A stretch of DNA of 58,489 nucleotides, taken from positions 1-58,489 of IMG/VR virus record IMGVR_UViG_3300032087_004351; one strand, written 5' to 3'. The DNA is from a virus (taxonomy: Duplodnaviria; Caudoviricetes). Position 1 is the first letter of the stretch. Each line of letters starts with the position of its first letter. This document shows, in pieces, positions 1 through 10,359 of this stretch. Position numbers and translations under genes: made by a program. Below the pieces are notes generated by a model. It did not search any database. It was not told where the DNA came from and worked only from the letters and a program-made list of their open reading frames with translations.

Positions 1-91
1 CCGTCAGATATAGGTTTTAACGAGTCGGTCAGGTTGGCCGACGATCTTTATAAATTATATTCAAAATAATTCATCATGTCAGAAACGACAA
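1..91. repeat. Terminal direct repeat, copy 1 (assembly circularisation overlap)
   Basis: 1-91 is identical to 58399-58489; ORF 57193..58467 and the start of ORF 76..894 run across the junction. Confidence 0.97.
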
Positions 92-894
92 TTAAAAAGT
101 CTCCAGGGAGACCGAAGGCTGCGGCCCCAAAGCCAGCAGCCGCTAAGAAGCGCACTATTAAGCGCAAAGAAATTATCAACGCTGGAAATAGCGAATATGA
201 GATTATTCGTGGAGGCGGAGTAGTATTTATGCTACCCCAAAAGGGAGTAACTGTATTCGACAAGGAATCAGAGTCCGTAAGAGAAATGAGATATTGTCCA
301 AATGAGCCAAGCATTTGGAGGGACGAGCAAAGCGAAAACGCTGTTAGAAAGTCTGTAGTATTTGAAAACGGCAGACTTTTTGTTCCGTTTGACAAGCCTA
401 ATTTGAAAGAGTTTTTGGAAAAGCATCCAGGAAATTCTCAAAATGGAGGCAGCACATTTAAGCTTGTCAACAAAAAGAGAGACGCCGAAAAGGAACTTGA
501 AAAGGAGTTTAAGCTTACTGAAGCCGTTGCGTTGGTTCGAGATACAGACATCAACGATCTTCTGCCTATTGCTATTTATTTCAAGATCGGAATTGACTCT
601 CCAGTGTCTGAAATCAGATACAACCTTTTAAATATCGCTAAAAAGAAGCCTAACGAGTTTATTGAAGCGTTTGACTCTCCAAGCGTTCAAACTAGAGCTA
701 CGATTCAACAAGCAGGAAGCTATCAAATTATCAAGCTGTCAAAAGATGCAGTAAGGTGGTTTGATTCTAACTCAATGATTGTATCCGTTCCAGCGGGCAT
801 GGACCCAACGGACGTGATGGTTAGATACTGTCTTACAGAGAAGGGAGCTCCTGTTCTCTCAGACATTGAAGAACGGCTAGACAAGCTGGCCTAA
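76..894 (+). CDS. Hypothetical phage protein, late/structural module
   Basis: 272-aa ORF with a basic N-terminus, downstream of the capsid cluster and followed by a terminator. Confidence 0.6.
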   Translation: MSETTIKKSPGRPKAAAPKPAAAKKRTIKRKEIINAGNSEYEIIRGGGVVFMLPQKGVTVFDKESESVREMRYCPNEPSIWRDEQSENAVRKSVVFENGRLFVPFDKPNLKEFLEKHPGNSQNGGSTFKLVNKKRDAEKELEKEFKLTEAVALVRDTDINDLLPIAIYFKIGIDSPVSEIRYNLLNIAKKKPNEFIEAFDSPSVQTRATIQQAGSYQIIKLSKDAVRWFDSNSMIVSVPAGMDPTDVMVRYCLTEKGAPVLSDIEERLDKLA

Positions 895-912
895 TGCAGA
901 GCTGACAACGCA

Positions 913-942
913 AGAGCCACCTTCGGGTGGCTTTTGTTTTTT
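913..942 (+). terminator. Rho-independent terminator
   Basis: agagccacc-ttcg-ggtggcttt hairpin followed by a T-rich tract. Confidence 0.9.
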
Positions 943-943
943 G

Positions 944-951
944 TATATTTG
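944..951 (+). promoter_or_regulatory. Bacteroidota-type -7 promoter box (TAnnTTTG)
   Basis: TATATTTG directly after the terminator, 5 nt before ATG 957. Confidence 0.75.
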
Positions 952-956
952 TGTCC

Positions 957-1616
957 ATGGTAAGTGTAATAGAAGTATATACCATACTCAAGCATCTAGC
1001 AAATAAAGAGCAAAAGGGGTTTATTACTCCTGATGTTTTTAATTCATTTGCTAGTGTTGCACAGAGAAACATCATTAACGAGATGTTTGATGAGCTTGAG
1101 GGTAATAAGAGAAAGGCTCAGGTCGGTCAAGATCTTCCGAGAAGGAGGTCTTCTTATCAATCTGTTAAAGAAGACTTGGCTGGCTACATAAAGACACATC
1201 CGTCTACTTCAGACGATGGAAACCACGACATTCCAGATGATTGCAGAAAAATCATCAACATCAAAAGAGGGTCTACGGTTTTAGACTTGGTGTACGATGT
1301 AGAGATCATGGATCACATCAACTCAAGCGTGTTGTCTTCACCTACGTCTGCCTTCCCTGCAGCTCTGATCACTGGATCAATCGAGACCTCTCCAGCGGCA
1401 TCTAGTATCAGCATTACTTATTATAAAAACCCCGCCGTAAACCCACAGCTGGTTACTGGGCCTAACAATACCTTTGACACCGCAAATAGCGTAGATTTTG
1501 ATCTTCCAGAGGATTATACGCCAGAGGTTGTATACGAGATTGCCAAGCTTCTTGGAGTAAGGCTTAGAGATCAGAACGTTCAGTTCTTTGGCGCACAAGA
1601 AGCACAACAGCAATGA
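957..1616 (+). CDS. Putative head-tail adaptor / tail ring protein
   Basis: Start moved to ATG 957, since the track start lies inside the terminator; first gene of the tail operon; function inferred from position. Confidence 0.5.
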   Translation: MVSVIEVYTILKHLANKEQKGFITPDVFNSFASVAQRNIINEMFDELEGNKRKAQVGQDLPRRRSSYQSVKEDLAGYIKTHPSTSDDGNHDIPDDCRKIINIKRGSTVLDLVYDVEIMDHINSSVLSSPTSAFPAALITGSIETSPAASSISITYYKNPAVNPQLVTGPNNTFDTANSVDFDLPEDYTPEVVYEIAKLLGVRLRDQNVQFFGAQEAQQQ

Positions 1617-2347
1617 GTCAGAATACAGTACCACTCGATCAAGTAATCAGCGACTTTAAGATTACTATGGACGACTCTGATCATGTCGCCAATGTCACAG
1701 ACAGAGCCATTCATAACATAGCAAAAAGAGGGCTGAGAGAAATTGGTTTTGACATTAGCAAAAAGGTCAAGACTGTAAAGCTTAGCGTTGAAGACAACGA
1801 CACTGTGACTCTTCCAGAAGACTTTGTGGACGTCTGCAAGGTTGGAATAATCACAGAGGACGGAGTCATTGTGGCTTTGATATCTAACGAAAATATTACC
1901 ACGCTTTCAGCTACGGCAAACACGGTCGGCGAGGACGACGAGTTTGATACGCTGATCTTTGAGAACTACCTGCATAACGGCTCGCTTGGAAGGCTGTATG
2001 GAATCGGTGGTGGACACGCCCCAGGTCATTACAAGGTGAATTTGGAGGACAACAGAATAGAGATTGGGCAGATTTCAACGCTCTCAGAGGTCGTTCTTGA
2101 ATACATATCTGATCAGGCCCGCGCCACCAACCCAGAGGTTCATGTATATGCAGAGGAAGCCTTAAGGTGCTACCTGTATTACAAACTGATAGAGAGAAAG
2201 TCTGGTGTTCCAGCCAACGAAAAGCAGAGGGCTAGATCCGAATACTACAACGAATTGCGTAAAGCTAGAGCGAGGCTGAGCTCGTTCAATAAAGAGAACG
2301 CGCTGGCTACGATTCGCAAGAACTTTATGCTAGCACCTAAGTACTAA
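1613..2347 (+). CDS. Putative tail tube/ring protein
   Basis: 244-aa ORF with an ATGA overlap, directly before the large tail protein. Confidence 0.5.
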   Translation: MSQNTVPLDQVISDFKITMDDSDHVANVTDRAIHNIAKRGLREIGFDISKKVKTVKLSVEDNDTVTLPEDFVDVCKVGIITEDGVIVALISNENITTLSATANTVGEDDEFDTLIFENYLHNGSLGRLYGIGGGHAPGHYKVNLEDNRIEIGQISTLSEVVLEYISDQARATNPEVHVYAEEALRCYLYYKLIERKSGVPANEKQRARSEYYNELRKARARLSSFNKENALATIRKNFMLAPKY

Positions 2348-5300
2348 TGATAGACAAGCTGCAGCCGCGTAAGCTGGACAAAGACTCTGATTACAAGCTT
2401 GTCCAGAAGACGTCGATGATCGACGCTCTAAATGTGCATATATCTGAAGCAACCTCTGGTGATCAGGGTAATTCAGGCGTAATAAAACCGATTCGGGGGA
2501 CTCAAGCGCTGTCATTTACAGATGGCACAGTTATGACTTCTACCGACATTAGGGTCCTAGGAAGCACGGTAGATGACCTTACAGGCGTTTTGTATTTCTA
2601 CGTGTGGGCAGACGTTCCAGAAGAGCAGGGTGTTTATGCTTACGACAAAAGATCTATTTTGTCTGAAGACGGAGGCCTTATAAAGGTTTACACGAGCGCT
2701 ACGTTTAACTTTCCTCCAGACGGATTTGTCAAGGGTGATATCGTATACAAGAGGGAGAAGAATAGACCTCAGGACAGCACAATTCCAGACGTAGATTCTA
2801 TTCTGTATTTTACAGACAATGTAAACGAGCCTCGCAAGCTTGACGTCTATAGAGCGTTGTTTGCTGGCGACATACCTAATAGCGGCAATTTTTTACCTTA
2901 TAAAATTCATGACATTATCTGTGCGTGCCCTAAGGTGCCTATGGGTAACATTGATTATGAGTTTCAGGCCGACGCAACAAAGCAGGTAAGCAACTTTGAG
3001 AAAACGCCAGGTATTCAGTTTGCAGTCCAAGGCGTCTACACCGATGGATCCGTTACTTCGATTGGTCCGTATTCTAAGATTGCATTTCCTCCTTCTATCG
3101 TGAACAGGGGTGCGGCTCCTGCCGCAAAGGTTCTTAATCATAATGTATGCAAGATTAAAATACCTACATATGAAGAGGACTTTGAGTATATAAAAATTCT
3201 TTTTAGATACGGAAACAAGGCTTCGTTCAGAGAGCTTGCCGAGGTCCCAAACCAAGGCAGCTCTACTGACGAAAACTGGAATAGCACTACTAGGGAGTAT
3301 AGCTTTTATAACGACCAAGTAGTTAAAGGTGTTTCTCCTTCAGACGTCGCAAAGACGTTTGACAACCTGCCTCGTCAGGCTAGAGCTCAGTCTGTTGTGA
3401 GCAACAGACTTGTGTTTTCAAATTTTAAGGAGGGGTTTGATCCATACAAGCCAGAGGTTACAACCACTGTACTTTTTAAGCGCAGACCGCCAGAAGGGGT
3501 GGACTTCACTGTAGACATCGTTCCAACCATAGAAGGAAATTGGTCTCCAAATGGAGATGTCATCAATAAGGTTATGGGGTTTGAGATTGATACAGAACAA
3601 ATCCCAGACGACATATCAGAAGGAACCACCATTAGCGTAGCTTTTTCTTTCTCTCCAGACAAAAACTTTCACGTCTTCGAAGCAAGGGGTGGGTATCAGC
3701 AATCCCAACACATAGGCCCAGTTTCTGGAAACTTTAGAGGATTACCTACAGCGTATCAGTACGACGAGGGGAGAGGAAGATATTTTATAGGTGGCAATGG
3801 GGAATCAGCAGAAATAGAGGACATTACAGCCTTTTCTAAGGCCGCTGCTCCGCTCGGAATAGATAACTATGTTGAGGGAATAATACCTTCTACTGGTTCG
3901 GCTGGATATCTTTTAAATGACGGAAACGGAAGTGAAGGATGGACGTCTGCCTTAAGGTCTGGACAGGGGTCCAGCAGGTGGCTTGACTACAACAACGGAG
4001 GCCATCAATATGGATTGAAGTATGATGAAAATCATCCAGAGATTCCTCAGCCGTCGGTAAACGCATTCTTTGGTAGAAACTTTGGTGTAGGATACAGATG
4101 CGACGAAGGAGTCGGTAGTTCAAACTACCCATTTAAAAATACAGATGGGACTGAAGAAGAACAATGCCCCACGTACGAATACAAATACAGTACTCTTGAG
4201 CCCTTTACTACTAGGTCTGCATATGGGACAAGCGCAGGGAACCCTCTTATATTTCAAGGAGGAGCTCTTTTATTTAATGTCTCTTTTCAGATAACTCAAG
4301 ACGTGTCAAACGGAAGGGCTATCGTGGCTCAGACCATAGAAGATGCAATGGTCCGTAGAAGCATCACGCATCAGGATAGTGTCAATCTATTGAGTGTTCA
4401 AAACGAATACACGCACAAAATTGACATCCAGCTCAAAAACGGAGACAAGATTTATCCAGGAGAGGTAAATTCAGATCTCATATGCGCTTCTGCCGACGTA
4501 GGCAACACGGAGAATCCTTCCAACATGATGAATGCTGATAATCTTATTCAGCTTGTGGAGATGGGCGGAAGAGATCGAAGAATTCCAATGCACTACTTTA
4601 TTGTAAATAAAGCAGATGTGAGGTTCTTTTTTGAACCTGCCTACAGGCCAGCCCTTCCTAGCCCTCGGAAAGCTTTTCAGCTCTCTATAGCTAGCGTAAA
4701 TCTTGACAGTGAAGACGGTCTGTTTACGTGCATAAAAAGGCCAGAGCCTACAACGCCGTGGTATTGCATTTCGAAGAGTAAAATAGACGATGTATTAGAG
4801 AATCAGACGTCTTATAGCTCAATAATGTCAAGCTATACAAACTCGATAAGTGACGACTCTATGTTCTTAGACATGGACGGCATAGATCTTTTTGTCGAAA
4901 TGCTTGAATATCAAGTAGCGCACAAAATAAATCTAAAGGCTCTCGGAAGGATAAAGTGTAAGGAAACGGATCCAGACAGCGGATTTACTTCATTCTTCCC
5001 ATGCAGCATAGACATAGATGACGAGCTTTACTCTCCGTCTACTCAGCCTAGCGAAACACAGTTTAGGTTTTCTATCCTAGACGGAGCTGGGGGTCCAGGT
5101 GGGTACGCCCCAGGATCGAGCTCTGCCTACGCAAGTCACGATAATGGTAGATTTGGGTCTGTAGCTGGTCAAATGATAGCTACATTTCATGGGGTCCATG
5201 ATTCAGGAGGCGGAGGCATAAGATCTAAGCTCAAGACAATGGTGCCATCTATAGGCAGCTCTTATAGTGAAGACACGAATCTCGAAGGTTTTGAAGATGG

Positions 5301-7968
5301 AATGAATGTAGGAGTTAGAGACATTGGTGTTATTGGCGGTGTTTATGTGCAAGACGATGAAGGCATTGGAGCGGCCGATGTGTATCTTCCAGAACAAGGA
5401 GGTGATTATAACGATCATTTTTTTGGATACCCTTCAGAGGGTGCAATTAGAACAAGAATTACTCCAGATGTAAATAATTCAGGCGTCCCATCACAAAAGG
5501 ACGTTGTAGATTGGTGCGGCGGAGAAGGGAATTCAAACACTGATATCACCCCTACAGATGACAGGACTCTTGTAACTTATTTGCTGTGTGGGCCATTTTT
5601 TACTGGCAGCATAGCCTTGAACCCAATAGCCACCAATCCGCAGACCGACGCTGGGGAGGAAAATATAAGTGGGGTCGTCAATCACGATGGTGACGACGCC
5701 ATAGGCCCGCTAAGCGGAGTGTATAACGAGAATAGCCCAACAAACGGATACGAATTTCTTAACGGAGCGACATCAAAGATAAATAAAGATCAGCAGTGGA
5801 ATCCAGCTGGCGTGTGGGATCAGACAACCACAATGCCATACATTTTTTCTGGTTCTACAAACAGAAGAGTTTACCAAAATCAATTTGCATACTCTACTGT
5901 ATTTCCGTTCCCTCTTTTGGACGGAGCGAACCTAGCTCCCCCTCCTAGCTCGGAAACAGGGTTTACAGTTTACGATCAGCCAAATTCTCCTTTGTATGAA
6001 GATCTCTACGATCAGGGGTCGTTACCGACAGATTTAGGCTGGAATGCTTCTCATCCCACGTTCGGATCTATTAGCTGGGAGGACAAGCCTGGACACGCTG
6101 AAATGGCTTCTTCGACGACGTCGGTCACTGGACCTTCAGGAAAGCCTATTATGACGTTTAAGGCAAATGCAAATCACGAATTTGGGATTATATATTATGA
6201 CGAAAGAGGAAGGCACGGAAGGGTAAATCACCTTACAAGCGTTTATGTTCCTGGGTTCTCTCCAGCAGAAAGAAATGGTATTGCTGATGGCGGACCCGCA
6301 CACATACGGATGAAGTTCAATAGCGACCCGCCAGAATGGGCGAGATACTATAAAATAGCCTACTCCAAAAATACCTCTATATCAGACTTTTTTCAGTACT
6401 CCTCTGGAGGAGCGTTTATTCCGTACGGAGAGAGTCCTATTGACTCTGGCTTGAATTCTGCTAAGTTTTACGTATCTCTAAATTACCTCCAAGGTCACCC
6501 TATTTCATATTCTGATTCGTGGGGAGCAAAATCGCAGCTCGGAAGCCCTGTGGTGTTTCAACCAGAGCAGGGAGACAAGGTTAGAGTCATTTCTTACCAG
6601 AGAGGATCTGAGAGCCAAACAGAGAAGGTGTTTCCCAGAAACATTGTGTTTGATGTAATTGGCATTGAGTCCTTAGACGAAAGCAGCTCTAATCCTCTAT
6701 GGAATGTGGACGCCGATGGTGACGTTCCAGAAAACAGAAAAGGATTGTTCTTAACTGTTAGAAACAACCCAGCAAACGAAGGGTTTTCATACGCTGACAT
6801 TGAACAAAGCGCAGACGGTTGGGGGCAGAATTGCATCATCGAGATATATAGACCAATCGACACTCTAAGTGAAGATGACCGACTCTATTACGAGATAGGT
6901 CCTACGTATCGATGTGGCAACCCTCTAGTGAACACAGGCACGCTAGGATCGGCTATTCCAGATATAACCAAGTTTAAGCACTTGAATCACAACCATGAGG
7001 ACGATTCAATAGAGATTACAGACGGAGATGTTTTCTTCAGAAACACTGCTGTAAACCTCAGGGAATTTGATGGTGACGAATTTATAGACCTTATAAGAAG
7101 CGAACAGGTTGACGTAGACGGCGATGGCACGTTAGATGACGAATGGATTGTCACTTCAGAACCAAACTTTAAGAGTATATATACCGAAGCCATGTCTGCA
7201 TCGGACCTCTTTAAGTCCGATGCAATATCAATAGGGAGACCAAACAAAATAGACAATGACGAAAAGGAGGTTAGGCGAATAGCGTCACTTGTCCACTCAG
7301 ATAAAGACATAGCAAAAAGCTCTAAAGTCGGTTACTCATCCTTTAACGGGAGCGAATCTAACGACAAGGATCTTGATATTGTTCACGGCCAAGTAGATTA
7401 CACGGCAAATACAAACGATTCTCTTCTGGTTATTCAGAGAAACAGAGTCTCTCAAATTCCTGTGGACAGGAATCTTATATCTACAGCCGACAATGAACCA
7501 AGCCTTATTTCTTCGTCTAATTTCCTTAACACACCTAGATATTACGCAGGGAAAGCTGGTTCTGACGGGAATCCAGAGAGTGTGGCTATGGAGAACGGAA
7601 ACGCTTACTTTGTTCACAAGTCTGACGGCAAGGTCTTTAGGTTTAGCCCTTCAAACGGCATTATACCTATTTCTGACAAAGGAATGAAGGCGTACTTTAG
7701 AGATCTTCTTGGATCTGTGGGAAAGAATGATAAGATTATAGGTGGGTACGACCCCGTAAAAGGGGAGTACCTTATCACTATAAAAAACATAAGTGAACTT
7801 ACGGATCAAAATGGATATGTGATTCCGCTCTTTGGTATTCCAGATCTCACGTTTAATACAGACTTTCTACCTAATTCAACTACTATACAGGCGGAAACAA
7901 CTAGCGTATCTAGCGGAGATAGCCTGTTTGAAAGCGAGGAAGCCGACACAGACCCCGCAAGCGTTTAA
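2347..7968 (+). CDS. Large tail stabilisation / nozzle-type protein
   Basis: 1873 aa; segments such as 'LYFTDNVNEPRKL', 'NRLVFSNF' and 'FGIIYYDERGR' resemble tail stabilisation proteins of crAss-like/Flavobacterium podoviruses (recognised from memory). Confidence 0.6.
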   Translation: MIDKLQPRKLDKDSDYKLVQKTSMIDALNVHISEATSGDQGNSGVIKPIRGTQALSFTDGTVMTSTDIRVLGSTVDDLTGVLYFYVWADVPEEQGVYAYDKRSILSEDGGLIKVYTSATFNFPPDGFVKGDIVYKREKNRPQDSTIPDVDSILYFTDNVNEPRKLDVYRALFAGDIPNSGNFLPYKIHDIICACPKVPMGNIDYEFQADATKQVSNFEKTPGIQFAVQGVYTDGSVTSIGPYSKIAFPPSIVNRGAAPAAKVLNHNVCKIKIPTYEEDFEYIKILFRYGNKASFRELAEVPNQGSSTDENWNSTTREYSFYNDQVVKGVSPSDVAKTFDNLPRQARAQSVVSNRLVFSNFKEGFDPYKPEVTTTVLFKRRPPEGVDFTVDIVPTIEGNWSPNGDVINKVMGFEIDTEQIPDDISEGTTISVAFSFSPDKNFHVFEARGGYQQSQHIGPVSGNFRGLPTAYQYDEGRGRYFIGGNGESAEIEDITAFSKAAAPLGIDNYVEGIIPSTGSAGYLLNDGNGSEGWTSALRSGQGSSRWLDYNNGGHQYGLKYDENHPEIPQPSVNAFFGRNFGVGYRCDEGVGSSNYPFKNTDGTEEEQCPTYEYKYSTLEPFTTRSAYGTSAGNPLIFQGGALLFNVSFQITQDVSNGRAIVAQTIEDAMVRRSITHQDSVNLLSVQNEYTHKIDIQLKNGDKIYPGEVNSDLICASADVGNTENPSNMMNADNLIQLVEMGGRDRRIPMHYFIVNKADVRFFFEPAYRPALPSPRKAFQLSIASVNLDSEDGLFTCIKRPEPTTPWYCISKSKIDDVLENQTSYSSIMSSYTNSISDDSMFLDMDGIDLFVEMLEYQVAHKINLKALGRIKCKETDPDSGFTSFFPCSIDIDDELYSPSTQPSETQFRFSILDGAGGPGGYAPGSSSAYASHDNGRFGSVAGQMIATFHGVHDSGGGGIRSKLKTMVPSIGSSYSEDTNLEGFEDGMNVGVRDIGVIGGVYVQDDEGIGAADVYLPEQGGDYNDHFFGYPSEGAIRTRITPDVNNSGVPSQKDVVDWCGGEGNSNTDITPTDDRTLVTYLLCGPFFTGSIALNPIATNPQTDAGEENISGVVNHDGDDAIGPLSGVYNENSPTNGYEFLNGATSKINKDQQWNPAGVWDQTTTMPYIFSGSTNRRVYQNQFAYSTVFPFPLLDGANLAPPPSSETGFTVYDQPNSPLYEDLYDQGSLPTDLGWNASHPTFGSISWEDKPGHAEMASSTTSVTGPSGKPIMTFKANANHEFGIIYYDERGRHGRVNHLTSVYVPGFSPAERNGIADGGPAHIRMKFNSDPPEWARYYKIAYSKNTSISDFFQYSSGGAFIPYGESPIDSGLNSAKFYVSLNYLQGHPISYSDSWGAKSQLGSPVVFQPEQGDKVRVISYQRGSESQTEKVFPRNIVFDVIGIESLDESSSNPLWNVDADGDVPENRKGLFLTVRNNPANEGFSYADIEQSADGWGQNCIIEIYRPIDTLSEDDRLYYEIGPTYRCGNPLVNTGTLGSAIPDITKFKHLNHNHEDDSIEITDGDVFFRNTAVNLREFDGDEFIDLIRSEQVDVDGDGTLDDEWIVTSEPNFKSIYTEAMSASDLFKSDAISIGRPNKIDNDEKEVRRIASLVHSDKDIAKSSKVGYSSFNGSESNDKDLDIVHGQVDYTANTNDSLLVIQRNRVSQIPVDRNLISTADNEPSLISSSNFLNTPRYYAGKAGSDGNPESVAMENGNAYFVHKSDGKVFRFSPSNGIIPISDKGMKAYFRDLLGSVGKNDKIIGGYDPVKGEYLITIKNISELTDQNGYVIPLFGIPDLTFNTDFLPNSTTIQAETTSVSSGDSLFESEEADTDPASV

Positions 7969-7992
7969 CGTCAGAAAAACAAAAGAATCAAA

Positions 7993-8967
7993 ATGACTAT
8001 AGCGTTTTCTACAAGGAGCTTAGACTGGACCACCAGATATTCTTTTTCTGCGGACGAATTTGGAGTCACGGATGAAGAAATGGTTTCGTTTGTGAACTCA
8101 AGCAGCATTGCCTGGGAGCACGACAAAACAGACTCATATAACAGCTTTCATGGAACTACCTATCCTTCTGAGATTGAGATAGTTACAAATGAAGACCCTT
8201 CTGCTGGAAAGATATACGAGGCCTTTTCTGTAGAATCTACTGCTGGAAACTGGAGTGGAGAGTTCATTACAGAGACTGGAGAAACTCAGGCTAGTAGTTT
8301 CTCTGCTGGGTCGCTCGTAGAAAAAGAAGGGAAGCACTATATAGATGTACCTAAAAGCTCCTCTAGCATTGACCCTACGATTAAATATGTGGGCAAAACA
8401 ACCATAGGCAATCTAAGAGAGGCTCAATCGACCAATAGTATAAAGATAGAGGGAAAGCTTCTTTCTGTTCCGAATACATATCTTCTGTTTGCCTTGCCGT
8501 CTGGAGAAACCCCTCCTAACGGTCTTTCAGCTACTGCCTGGACTCAGGTTCCAGTAAAATACAGAGGGAATCCATATTTTTACTACCCCAACTTTGATCC
8601 GCCAACTAGCTGGAGTCTTACAGAGGTAGACGATTTTGTTGCATTAAACGATGAGTTTATTTCTCTTTTTCAGCCAACATACGATGCGGCAGAAAACACT
8701 ATTAATTTTCCTATAACCTTTCAGTTTGAGTTTGATAACTCAATGGGCGCCCCATACGGGATGACTGGAGATGAAGACGACTTTAACAATTTGTCTGTTT
8801 CAATATACACGACGTCAGGATCTACCGACATGAACGGAGAGGACATGCGCGGAGAATACATGAGGGTGAAGATATCTAGAGAAGGTAGCGACTACTACGA
8901 GCTATACTGTGTAAATATCGATCAACACAAAACAAGACTTGACCATAGTTTGGGTCAAAATAACTAA
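7993..8967 (+). CDS. Tail protein, possibly the separated C-terminal part of the nozzle protein
   Basis: 324 aa; N-terminal 'TIAFS..WTTRYSF' and C-terminal 'GEDMRGEYMRVKI...ELYCVN'. Confidence 0.45.
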   Translation: MTIAFSTRSLDWTTRYSFSADEFGVTDEEMVSFVNSSSIAWEHDKTDSYNSFHGTTYPSEIEIVTNEDPSAGKIYEAFSVESTAGNWSGEFITETGETQASSFSAGSLVEKEGKHYIDVPKSSSSIDPTIKYVGKTTIGNLREAQSTNSIKIEGKLLSVPNTYLLFALPSGETPPNGLSATAWTQVPVKYRGNPYFYYPNFDPPTSWSLTEVDDFVALNDEFISLFQPTYDAAENTINFPITFQFEFDNSMGAPYGMTGDEDDFNNLSVSIYTTSGSTDMNGEDMRGEYMRVKISREGSDYYELYCVNIDQHKTRLDHSLGQNN

Positions 8968-8972
8968 ATTTG
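8965..8972 (+). promoter_or_regulatory. -7 promoter box
   Basis: TAAATTTG, 4 nt before ATG 8977. Confidence 0.65.
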
Positions 8973-8976
8973 CAAT

Positions 8977-10359
8977 ATGATTAAGTTTCAAGGAGGTGGT
9001 CTAAGCCAAGCGAATGCCTACTACATGGCCACTATGAGCCCTGAGCAGCGTGCTGCGATGGCCGAGCAATCTAGAAGAGGTCAGATGAGACAGTCTGGCA
9101 TGCGCTTAGGGGCTGGGGCTTTTGACTTTTTTAAAGGTAGGGCGGCGCAAAAAGACGCAGAAGGAAGGATCGAGGAACTAGGGGCGCAGGCTGAGGACAT
9201 TAAAGCGCAGCTTGGGGGCATGAGAGCCCCCAGCTCGATGGACCCAAATACGGTTGCCGAAGCCACAAGAAATGCTGCAATCCTAGGCTTTCAAGACCCA
9301 GTGTCTGACACCTCTGACGACTTGGCTTCACAGGCTATGGCTCTCGGGGCTGGCGCAGACCCTTCTAAGTTGTATGCAGCCGCCTCTGCACAAGATCAAG
9401 CTGCTGACGCCCGAGAAAGAGCGGAAGCTATGGCTCAATTCAACCAGGGGTTAGGTCTTGCGCAGCAAGACGCACTGAGGGACTATCAGCAAGATTACAA
9501 TCAGTTGGCTGGTGAGCTCGGCGATGTAAACCAACAACTCAATCAGGCCCAGCAAGAAAGTCTGATTGCGCAACAACAAAAAAATAGAGGTATTCAGGGA
9601 GCAATCACTGGAGGCATTGGTATTGCACAATCTCAAGTAAGACCAGGAGAAGACAGAGGGTTTAAAAACTGGTGGGGTCAAAACTTTGGGAACCAAGATC
9701 GCACAGACCAAGCGTGGACTGATCAACAAAACATGTTTGATCAACAAGCCCAGATTAGACAGCAGCAACTGCTTAATCAATATAATCAAGGTGACGGTAC
9801 AGGCGTTACCACAGGCAACGCTCCTGCAGACTCCTACGTAGGTGGGGTCGAAGGAATCCCCCTAGCTTACAATATTGATTTTAATCTTAACGACCCGAAC
9901 TACGATCCAACGGGTGGACTTGATCCAGGTGTCGACCCGTTGACTGGGGAAGAGGTCGAGGATTGGGTGCGCATAGCAAATATGAAGAACAACGCTATGC
10001 TGAGGGCTGTTAACAGGGATTATGCCCAAGGCGGTTCCGTACAGCAGACCCCAGGTGAATACGACCACGACACCAACGACATGATCTTGATGGCGCAGGG
10101 GAGAGACGGTATGCTTGTAGACACTGGTATTCGTCAGACGGGAGGAGAGTACGTTATCGATCCGTTTGACGCAGGAAACATGCGTCAGGCTCATGACAAG
10201 ATTGATCCTATGGAGCTAGAGGCCGTAAGAACTGGTCGCGCCGAGCTCAGCGAAGAGCTCTTGGCGGCCCTTATGCAGCTGTACGACGCCCTTCGTTTTG
10301 TCGACGAGCCTCAATTCCAGGACGACTACTACGAAAAGAAAATGAACGGATATGCCTAA
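8977..10359 (+). CDS. Putative internal virion / ejection protein
   Basis: 460 aa, Gln/Ala/Gly-rich, helical/coiled-coil character; follows the tail genes. Confidence 0.45.
   Translation: MIKFQGGGLSQANAYYMATMSPEQRAAMAEQSRRGQMRQSGMRLGAGAFDFFKGRAAQKDAEGRIEELGAQAEDIKAQLGGMRAPSSMDPNTVAEATRNAAILGFQDPVSDTSDDLASQAMALGAGADPSKLYAAASAQDQAADARERAEAMAQFNQGLGLAQQDALRDYQQDYNQLAGELGDVNQQLNQAQQESLIAQQQKNRGIQGAITGGIGIAQSQVRPGEDRGFKNWWGQNFGNQDRTDQAWTDQQNMFDQQAQIRQQQLLNQYNQGDGTGVTTGNAPADSYVGGVEGIPLAYNIDFNLNDPNYDPTGGLDPGVDPLTGEEVEDWVRIANMKNNAMLRAVNRDYAQGGSVQQTPGEYDHDTNDMILMAQGRDGMLVDTGIRQTGGEYVIDPFDAGNMRQAHDKIDPMELEAVRTGRAELSEELLAALMQLYDALRFVDEPQFQDDYYEKKMNGYA

Noticed and set aside
1-91. 91-bp terminal repeat as the biological genome terminus
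   Set aside because: It falls within coding sequence and is what an assembler overlap of a circular contig looks like
7111-7125. DVDGD resembling the RNA polymerase catalytic DxDGD motif
   Set aside because: It is in an acidic loop of the tail protein with no other polymerase motifs; I also saw no such motif in the giant protein, so no virion RNAP is called
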